Source of the DNA: an uncultured Candidatus Saccharibacteria bacterium | GTDB taxonomy: Bacteria; Patescibacteriota; WWE3; 2-01-FULL-39-13 | Length of the DNA: 47,452 bases | Direction of reading: 5' to 3' | Assembly: GCA_964370865.1 (NCBI GenBank) | Contig: CAYJKF010000006.1 | Coordinates: forward strand, 1 to 47,452 | In this document: piece after piece, positions 41,206 through 47,452 of the stretch | Position numbering within the stretch: position 1 is the stretch's first letter | Layout of the letters: each line of letters starts with the position of its first letter | The notes under the pieces: model-generated | Seen by the model: the letters and a program-made list of their open reading frames with translations, nothing else | What the model was told of the DNA's origin: nothing | Database searches by the model: none | Made by a program: the position numbers and the translations under genes

Positions 41206-42993
41206 ATGACTGAAAAGGCTGTTAGTGAAAAAGTGTTTAAATACAAAGATAAAAATTCAGGTTTAAATTTCTCATCATCTGAACGGAGATATATATTGGT
41301 AGCTTTCGGGCTCCTTATAATTTCTGGATTGTTCGTTTTTTATCACTTGTACTACGCTGACAAAATTATCGCCAGAGTAAATATCAAGGATGTTAACGTC
41401 GGTGGTTTAAGTATTCAACAAGCCAGCGAGAAGTTAAAAAACGAGTTAAAAACAGACCTAAGTTTCAAAGTAACTACTCCTAAACTAGAGAAAGATTTTT
41501 CATCTCAAACTGTGGATTTTCAATATAATTATGACTTAATGGTTAAGGAGGCTTATGAAATCGGTCGTAGTGGTTCTCTCACAAATAAGATTAAGGATAG
41601 ACTCTTGATTCCATTTACTGGGACTAATAATGAACCTAGATACAGTTTCAACCAAAATAAACTGAACCTTTTCTTATCGATGTTAAGACTTGAAGGAACA
41701 GATCGATATCACGAACCAGAATATGCAATTGAGGAAGAAAAACTTGTCATTATAGAAGGTAGCGAGGGTGACGATTTCGACTTCGAAAAGTCTAAATCTG
41801 ACTTAGTTAATAAACTAGTTAATAATGACTCAACGGATTATTCACTTCAGATAAACAGAAAAGCACCAACACTAAAAGTTGAGGAATTAGAGTCTAAAAG
41901 GTCTGAAATAGAATTATTATTAGATAAAAATTTTCGTTTCGTATTTAAAGATTTACAATGGGAAATCCCAGATAGTGAGCTATTAACATTTTTCTCGATT
42001 GAGAAAGGTGAGTCTGGTATGGAATTGAAGGTTGATAATCTTGCTATAGCCTCAAAGTTAAATGTAATCTCTCATGAGATTGATAGGGTACCATCAGGTC
42101 AGGTACTAAAAGTTGAAAATGGAAAAGTGTTGGATTTTAAACCATCATTAGAAGGTCGAGAATTAAAAGTTAAAGAAAACGCTGAGTTAATTGCAAATCA
42201 ATTGTTTAATCCTGATACAAAAGATATTTCACTTATTGTTTCCACAGTAGTTGCGCCAGAGTCTGATAATGATTATGGTATTAAAGAGTTGTTAGCTGAA
42301 GGTACTTCAAAATTTAAAGGTTCAATTTCTAGCAGGATACATAATATAGGTGTTGCATCTAGTAAAGTGAGTGGGATTTTAGTGCCACCAGGAGAAGTCT
42401 TTTCATTCAATAAAAATGTTGGTCAAATAGATAGATCTACAGGATATAAATCAGCCTACGTAATTTCGGGCGGAAGAACAGTACTTGGAGATGGTGGTGG
42501 TGTCTGCCAAGTGTCTACAACAGTTTTTAGGGCAGCTTTAAATGCTGGATTTGAGATAATCGAGAGAAACCCTCATTCATATCGTGTTGGCTACTATGAG
42601 CAAGATTCAGGACCTGGATTAGATGCGTCTATTTTTGTTCCATCAGCGGACTTCAAATTTAGAAATGATACACAAAAGCATATTCTTGTAGTTTCAGAGT
42701 TTAACGCAGAAAACTTTACTTTAAGTTATAAAATATATGGAACGCCAGATGGCCGTAAGGTTGAGGTTGGTAAGCCTGAAATTTTATCCAAAAGATCGGC
42801 GCCGCCGACGATATACGAAGATGACCCAAATTTAGCTAAAGGGCAAAGACGCCAAGTCGAGAGTGCTGTTGGCGGCGCCTCCGTTCAATTTACTAGAAAA
42901 GTAATAAAAGATGGAGAAACTATTTTAAATGATGTTTTTAAGAGTAATTACAGAGCCTGGCCAGCAGTCATAAAGGTCGGCACTAAAGAATAA
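41206..42993 (+). CDS. VanW-family protein with a C-terminal G5 domain, N-terminally anchored
   Basis: GGGVCQVSTTVFRAALNAGFEIIERNPHSYRVGYY (VanW core). The C-terminal ...DPNLAKGQRRQVESAVGGASVQFTRKVIKDGE... is G5-like. Confidence 0.85.
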   Translation: MTEKAVSEKVFKYKDKNSGLNFSSSERRYILVAFGLLIISGLFVFYHLYYADKIIARVNIKDVNVGGLSIQQASEKLKNELKTDLSFKVTTPKLEKDFSSQTVDFQYNYDLMVKEAYEIGRSGSLTNKIKDRLLIPFTGTNNEPRYSFNQNKLNLFLSMLRLEGTDRYHEPEYAIEEEKLVIIEGSEGDDFDFEKSKSDLVNKLVNNDSTDYSLQINRKAPTLKVEELESKRSEIELLLDKNFRFVFKDLQWEIPDSELLTFFSIEKGESGMELKVDNLAIASKLNVISHEIDRVPSGQVLKVENGKVLDFKPSLEGRELKVKENAELIANQLFNPDTKDISLIVSTVVAPESDNDYGIKELLAEGTSKFKGSISSRIHNIGVASSKVSGILVPPGEVFSFNKNVGQIDRSTGYKSAYVISGGRTVLGDGGGVCQVSTTVFRAALNAGFEIIERNPHSYRVGYYEQDSGPGLDASIFVPSADFKFRNDTQKHILVVSEFNAENFTLSYKIYGTPDGRKVEVGKPEILSKRSAPPTIYEDDPNLAKGQRRQVESAVGGASVQFTRKVIKDGETILNDVFKSNYRAWPAVIKVGTKE

Positions 42994-43000
42994 TTTACTA

Positions 43001-43417
43001 TTAGGGGTTAACCAGTTTTACCTGTATTACACCGTTGTTTAATGTATAGCTTAATAATTTGCCGTTTTTAGTGTGGGCTCCTGAAACATCTGGTTTCCAC
43101 TCGTTCTGAAAAAGATATTCCTTATAATAGCTTTCTATTTCCGCATCACTTAGTGTTGATTGCATAACTACATAGATTTCGTTGTTCCTTCTATCAATGC
43201 TCAATATATCTGAGTCTGGGAAGATCGGCATTTCTTTAGATAAGTCTAAGATTTCCTTTTTATCCTGTGTTCCAGCGACTGTCCCTGCAGCATTTAATTT
43301 GTCTAATTCCTCTCCACTAACCTGGTTAAAATAACTAACAGACAAAATGGCCAGAAAACCAAGTATTACTGGGAGTCCCAATTTCAATAGCTTATCTTGT
43401 GTTATTAAGGTTTGCAT
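43001..43417 (-). CDS. hypothetical N-terminally anchored protein
   Basis: I start at the internal ATG 43417 (MQTLITQDKLLKLGLPVILGFLAILSV). The track start 43528 would overlap the tgt start. Confidence 0.5.
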   Translation of the reverse strand: MQTLITQDKLLKLGLPVILGFLAILSVSYFNQVSGEELDKLNAAGTVAGTQDKKEILDLSKEMPIFPDSDILSIDRRNNEIYVVMQSTLSDAEIESYYKEYLFQNEWKPDVSGAHTKNGKLLSYTLNNGVIQVKLVNP

Positions 43418-43463
43418 ATTTGAAAGTATACCCCAAAACCTAAAAAAGGTTAAAATACTGCAG

Positions 43464-44528
43464 ATGCAAAAAATAATTAAAGTTAAAGGTCGAGAGTATA
43501 AAACGCCGATTTTCTGCCCAGATGCCACGAGAGGCGTAATTCGTTCTTTGGATCAGAAGGACCTTTTGGAGGCGGATGTAAACGGACTGGTTGTAAATAC
43601 CTATCATCTTTTATCACAGCCTGGTATTGAGGTTCTAAAAGAGGTCGGTGGAATTAAAAAGTTAATGAATTGGAATGAGTTAATTATTTCTGATTCAGGT
43701 GGATTCCAGATTTTTTCACTAATTCATAAGAATAAAGCTCTTGGAAAAATCACTGAGGATGGTGTTAAATTCTATCTCAATACAAAAGGTGAAAAGAAAA
43801 AATATTTCATAACGCCAGAAGAATGTATAAAAATTCAATTTGAAATTGGCTCTGATATTATGATTGTCTTGGATTACTTTACTCCGTATAAAGCCGATAA
43901 ATGGGAAACACTAAAAAGTGTTGACACTACAACTGCATGGGCTAGGCGATGTAAGGAAGAATTTATAAGACAATGTGAGAGTCGTGGATTGGATGATAAT
44001 ACTAGACCTCTTCTCTTTGGTGTTATACAAGGTGGAAGTGATTTAGAAATGAGACAAAAAAGTGCAAAAGAACTTACAGAAATTGGATTTGATGGCTTTG
44101 GACTTGGAGGATGGACCTTTGATGATGAAGGAAAATTCGATTTGAAACTTGTTGAACAAATAGCAAAGATGATGCCAGATGATAAATTTAAATACGCACT
44201 AGGAGTTGGTAATCCTCAGAATATTATTGATTGTATTTCATATGGATATGATATTTTTGATTGTGTATTACCAACGCGCGATGCAAGACATCAACGGTTA
44301 TATATTATGGAACCAAAGGGGAATGATTTCTATTCATACATCTATATTTCACGAAGTATTTATGCAAATGACACTTCGCCTATTTCAAATAATTGCGAAT
44401 GTTATGCTTGCAAAAATTATTCAAGAGTCTATATAAATCATTTATTCAAAATAGGGGATTCGCTCGCCTTTCGGCTCGCGACAATTCACAATCTTTATTT
44501 CTATTCTCAATTAACTGCGCTTAAGTGA
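43464..44528 (+). CDS. tgt: tRNA-guanine transglycosylase (queuine tRNA-ribosyltransferase)
   Basis: NTYHL, ISDSGGFQ (catalytic Asp), GVGNPQNIIDCISYGYDIFDCVLPTR, Zn site CECYACKNYSRVYINHL. Start taken at ATG 43464. Confidence 0.9.
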   Translation: MQKIIKVKGREYKTPIFCPDATRGVIRSLDQKDLLEADVNGLVVNTYHLLSQPGIEVLKEVGGIKKLMNWNELIISDSGGFQIFSLIHKNKALGKITEDGVKFYLNTKGEKKKYFITPEECIKIQFEIGSDIMIVLDYFTPYKADKWETLKSVDTTTAWARRCKEEFIRQCESRGLDDNTRPLLFGVIQGGSDLEMRQKSAKELTEIGFDGFGLGGWTFDDEGKFDLKLVEQIAKMMPDDKFKYALGVGNPQNIIDCISYGYDIFDCVLPTRDARHQRLYIMEPKGNDFYSYIYISRSIYANDTSPISNNCECYACKNYSRVYINHLFKIGDSLAFRLATIHNLYFYSQLTALK

Positions 44529-45413
44529 TTCCATCCCAACGCGAAAAGCTCCGAGTAAGTATGCTGCTATAAACATTGGATATAGCACTAATGGAGAATA
44601 TTTATCCATGTAATGTTTTTTCATAAAAAGTACCATAGCCTGTGTAGTTAAACTTTGCATCTTTAGTCTGTGTAATAGAGGTTTTTTAGCAATTGCTCTG
44701 GTTGTATTTCTAATGCCTACATTTCCGCCTTTTAAATGTGTGGCTTCCCATTGTGGTAAGTACATTATTCTGTAGCCACGTTCTTTTAACATATAGCAGA
44801 AGTCAACGTCTTCCCCGTATAAAAAATAATCCTCGTCAAATCCTTCAACTGTATCGTAAGCTTTTCTTGTTACCAACATAAAGTGTGAAATGCATAAATC
44901 AATATCGTGTGGTTCATTTAAGTTTCTGCCTGGCAAAAAATATTCATTAAACTTATCTGAGTTTTTAAATATTTTTGATAATCCAAACAGTCTACAAAAA
45001 GAAATCCAAGGAGTCGGAAATGCTCTGTGGGCATCCATATCGAGTGTTCCATCTGCGAGTATTAATTTAGCAGTGGATGCCCCAACGTCAGGGTTTTCTT
45101 CCATCCACTCTACCATTCCTGATATTGTATCTTTTCGAACCCTGGCATCAGCTCCAACAAATAATAGATATTCTCCCGTACTTCTTCTAACACATTCGTT
45201 ATATCCTTTTGATAGTCCATTATTTTCTCCGCTAAAAATATTTACCCATGGATACTTTTCTTTTACTAATTCAAATAATCCATCTTTAGAAGATTGATCT
45301 TTAATTATTACTTCCATATTTGGATAGGTGTCTTTTAGTGACTCGAGACAGTCTTCGATATATTTTCGATCAGTATATGTGACGATGAAAACCGAAACTT
45401 TTTTATAATCCAT
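44511..45413 (-). CDS. glycosyltransferase family 2
   Basis: VSVFIVTYTDRKYIEDCLESL, GENNGLSKGYN, FVGADA (DxD-like), GFDEDYFLYGEDVDF. Overlaps the tgt 3' end by 18 nt. Confidence 0.8.
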   Translation of the reverse strand: MDYKKVSVFIVTYTDRKYIEDCLESLKDTYPNMEVIIKDQSSKDGLFELVKEKYPWVNIFSGENNGLSKGYNECVRRSTGEYLLFVGADARVRKDTISGMVEWMEENPDVGASTAKLILADGTLDMDAHRAFPTPWISFCRLFGLSKIFKNSDKFNEYFLPGRNLNEPHDIDLCISHFMLVTRKAYDTVEGFDEDYFLYGEDVDFCYMLKERGYRIMYLPQWEATHLKGGNVGIRNTTRAIAKKPLLHRLKMQSLTTQAMVLFMKKHYMDKYSPLVLYPMFIAAYLLGAFRVGMESLKRS

Positions 45414-45421
45414 TATGCGTA

Positions 45422-46663
45422 TTGTACAATAATTCTATTGTGAATAATCGAATTGAACTCATAGATACAACTCTTCGTGACGGACAACAATCACCCCTAC
45501 TTTCTGATGCAAAAAAATATTTTTTTACACTTGATGATAAACTTCAGATTTTAGAATCTCTGATTCTACTTGGTGTTAGGTATTTTGAATTATTCAGTCC
45601 TATTGTAAGTAAAAAAGAAGAGAAGGATTTTAAAGAGATAAGAAAATTTATTGACGAGAAGTATTCAGAACGAAATATAAAATTACTAGCACATGTAAGA
45701 TGCCATAACGATGATATTGTAAAAGCAATTGATGCTGGTGCCGATGGTTTGAATTTTTATATTGGAACATCACAAGAATCTCAAAAGAATAATCATGGCA
45801 AGACCATAAACCAAATTACAGATTTAGTTGTTCCTATTATTTCTGATGTAAGATCTAAGCATCCTCACTTACATTTAAGATTTAGTGGAGAGGATGCTTT
45901 TCGTACTAAAATCTCTGATTTACTGAAGGTATATGGTTTATTAGCCAAACAGGTAAATTTATTTGGGATGCCAGATACGGTGGGTGTTGCAACACCCACG
46001 ATGGTTCTTGAGAAAATTCAATTTATAAAGCAACGTTTCCCGACAAAGGATTTAGAAATCCACTTTCACAATGATAGGGGATTAGCACTGATAAACGCTC
46101 TTACTGCAATTACAGCAGGCGCTCGTTTTGTAGATTCATCGGTTTGGGGACTCGCGGAACGTTCTGGTATTCCTTCCACTACAGCTTTATTATTAAACCT
46201 TGCGAAAATGGATAAAAGTTATGTTGATGGATATGATTTGAAGCTTTGTTATCCAGTAAATATTCTTATGGGTAGTATCCTAAGAATGCATGTTCCATTT
46301 ACAGAGCCAGTTTCATTAACTAATCGAACACATAGCGCGGGAGTACATCAGCAGGCTGTATTAAAAAATAAAAATGTATATGAAGCACAAGATCTAGAAT
46401 CTTTTGGAGTTGAGAGAAATGAAATATTACTTGGTCCGTTAAGTGGATGGCATTTAATTGCATATTATTTACGAGAAGTAGAAAATTTTGAACTCACCGA
46501 TGAACAAGCAAAAGAAATTACCTCTGAATTCAAAAATAGTATTAAGAAAATGAATAAACGAAATTCTCCTCAAAAAGTTCTACTTACAATTGTAGAAAAA
46601 TATCCGATCGCTAGAACTAATATTCCAAAGGAGTTTGAGAATCGCCGGGTTGAAAACTTGTAA
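45422..46663 (+). CDS. HMGL-like aldolase of the 2-isopropylmalate/homocitrate/citramalate synthase family (catalytic domain only)
   Basis: IDTTLRDGQQSP, PDTVGVATP, HFHNDRGLA. No ATG at the 5' end, so the start is TTG 45422 or GTG 45440. Confidence 0.8.
   Translation: MYNNSIVNNRIELIDTTLRDGQQSPLLSDAKKYFFTLDDKLQILESLILLGVRYFELFSPIVSKKEEKDFKEIRKFIDEKYSERNIKLLAHVRCHNDDIVKAIDAGADGLNFYIGTSQESQKNNHGKTINQITDLVVPIISDVRSKHPHLHLRFSGEDAFRTKISDLLKVYGLLAKQVNLFGMPDTVGVATPTMVLEKIQFIKQRFPTKDLEIHFHNDRGLALINALTAITAGARFVDSSVWGLAERSGIPSTTALLLNLAKMDKSYVDGYDLKLCYPVNILMGSILRMHVPFTEPVSLTNRTHSAGVHQQAVLKNKNVYEAQDLESFGVERNEILLGPLSGWHLIAYYLREVENFELTDEQAKEITSEFKNSIKKMNKRNSPQKVLLTIVEKYPIARTNIPKEFENRRVENL
45980..45999. repeat. 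perfect 20-bp palindrome GTGGGTGTTGCAACACCCAC inside the HMGL-like gene
   Basis: Read directly. It encodes the conserved (D)TVGVATPT motif. Confidence 0.9.
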
Positions 46664-46699
46664 GATTATGTTCCATTAAACCCAGTAAAAAATGGTTGC

Positions 46700-46733
46700 T
46701 TGACAATGTCCTACAGGGTATATACTATGTAGG
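46700..46733 (+). promoter_or_regulatory. sigma70-type promoter (TTGACA-17 nt-TACTAT) with an overlapping palindromic operator candidate for the TA operon
   Basis: TTGACA at 46700-46705 and TACTAT at 46723-46728. CCTACA (46710-46715) and TGTAGG (46728-46733) share their centre with the inner palindrome GTATATAC. The ATG at 46736 follows 7 intervening nt after the -10. Confidence 0.55.
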
Positions 46734-46735
46734 TT

Positions 46736-47005
46736 ATGAATACTGTAATAAGCGTAAAAATCGATCAAGATGTTAAAAATTCAGCTCAAGAAGTAGCCAA
46801 AAGTACTGGTTTAACACTTAGTGCCCTAGTGAATGCTTATTTGCGACAGGTCGCAGCTACTCGTAGAATCGAATTGTACGCTCCTGAACAGATGACTCCT
46901 AAACTAGAAAAACTTATTGCCGAGATAGAGATAGAGCTTAACGAAGGCAAGGCTAGTAAGGAATTTAATAATGTTGATGATTTCTTAACCGACTTAAAGA
47001 AATAA
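46736..47005 (+). CDS. type II antitoxin, RelB/DinJ family
   Basis: The N-terminal ribbon-helix-helix pattern ISVKIDQDVKNSAQEVAKSTGLTLSALVNAYLRQV. 89 aa, immediately upstream of a RelE-like gene. Confidence 0.8.
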   Translation: MNTVISVKIDQDVKNSAQEVAKSTGLTLSALVNAYLRQVAATRRIELYAPEQMTPKLEKLIAEIEIELNEGKASKEFNNVDDFLTDLKK

Positions 47006-47014
47006 GTCTTATAA

Positions 47015-47275
47015 ATGAATATTCAATATTTACCTAAGTTTAAAAAGCAATATAAAAAACTCCCAAAAGAATTTCAGGCACAATTTGATGAAAGAATTCG
47101 ATTGTTTATGATTGATCCGACTTTACCAAAACTGCGTGTGCATCCGCTTAAAGGCAAATTTGCTGGATATTGGAGTATGAATGTAAATGGGGATGTTCGT
47201 GCCTTATATATAATGAAAGGTGATACTTTAATAATATTTGCTCTAATTGGTACTCATAGCGAGTTATATGGTTAA
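47015..47275 (+). CDS. type II toxin, RelE/YafQ-family mRNA interferase
   Basis: 86 aa with LRVHPLKGKFAGYWSMNVNGDVRALY...IFALIGTHSELYG. Starts 9 nt after the antitoxin stop. Confidence 0.8.
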   Translation: MNIQYLPKFKKQYKKLPKEFQAQFDERIRLFMIDPTLPKLRVHPLKGKFAGYWSMNVNGDVRALYIMKGDTLIIFALIGTHSELYG

Positions 47276-47276
47276 T

Positions 47277-47452
47277 CTATTTCAAAATGGAATTGGCTGC
47301 TCGTCCAATGGTCGATAATATTTTATATTTCCCAATATTGTAGTTTGATCTAAACCAAACATCTCTTACGTTTTCATCTTCTGAGTAAACAAATATACGT
47401 TGTTGTCCTTTTAGGTCAGCATAATTTTTTAGTAAATCAGTATCTTTTATTA
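47277..47452 (-). CDS. 3' end of a CDS entering from downstream (partial), hypothetical
   Basis: The minus-strand frame is open from the window edge to TAG (47277-47279): ...QQRIFVYSEDENVRDVWFRSNYNIGKYKILSTIGRAANSILK. Confidence 0.35.
   Translation of the reverse strand, partial: IKDTDLLKNYADLKGQQRIFVYSEDENVRDVWFRSNYNIGKYKILSTIGRAANSILK

Noticed and set aside
1-47452. Alternative genetic code (UGA recoded as Gly or Trp, as in some reduced lineages)
   Set aside because: Conserved full-length genes (typA, argS, gltX, tgt, pyrD) have no in-frame TGA. TGA terminates several well-delimited genes, for example dus at 35442-35444 (followed directly by TAA) and GH5 at 27344-27346. The standard code fits.
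1-47452. CRISPR arrays, IS elements or transposases, integrases, prophage genes, reverse transcriptases (DGR or retron), and recognisable defence systems
   Set aside because: No spaced direct-repeat array was seen. No ORF shows DDE, tyrosine- or serine-recombinase, RT (YxDD) or typical defence ATPase or nuclease motifs. The only accessory module recognised is the RelB/RelE pair.

Overview
AT-rich (about one-third G+C by eye), very gene-dense bacterial chromosome segment read with the standard genetic code. About 57 CDSs and one tRNA-Gln(CUG). I found no rRNA, CRISPR array, transposase, integrase or phage genes. The translation and tRNA-modification set is typA, gltX, argS, miaB, miaA, tgt, a Dus, an RsmB/NOP2-type methyltransferase and a Trbp111/CsaA tRNA-binding protein. 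It is interleaved with many small membrane-anchored or secreted proteins of unknown function, a run of predicted hydrolases (27.3-34.5 kb), extracytoplasmic thiol-redox genes, cell-envelope genes (CapA, VanW/G5, GT2, GT4-like, DUF2207) and a terminal RelB/RelE-type TA pair. This makeup resembles a reduced, possibly Patescibacteria/CPR-like genome, but that is inference only. I did not find a convincing multi-gene novel system such as a defence island. The observations most worth a second look are: (1) a DsbA-like protein whose two fold halves are in swapped order; (2) perfect, mostly GC-rich inverted repeats inside conserved coding sequences, one bracketing the catalytic-serine segment of a hydrolase with an open reading frame in the inverted orientation; (3) -10 hexamers sitting 4-9 nt (mostly 6-8 nt) upstream of many start codons with almost no Shine-Dalgarno motifs, suggesting widespread leaderless mRNAs; (4) frequent overlap of convergent gene ends. 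Every functional call rests on motifs recognised by eye, with no database search.
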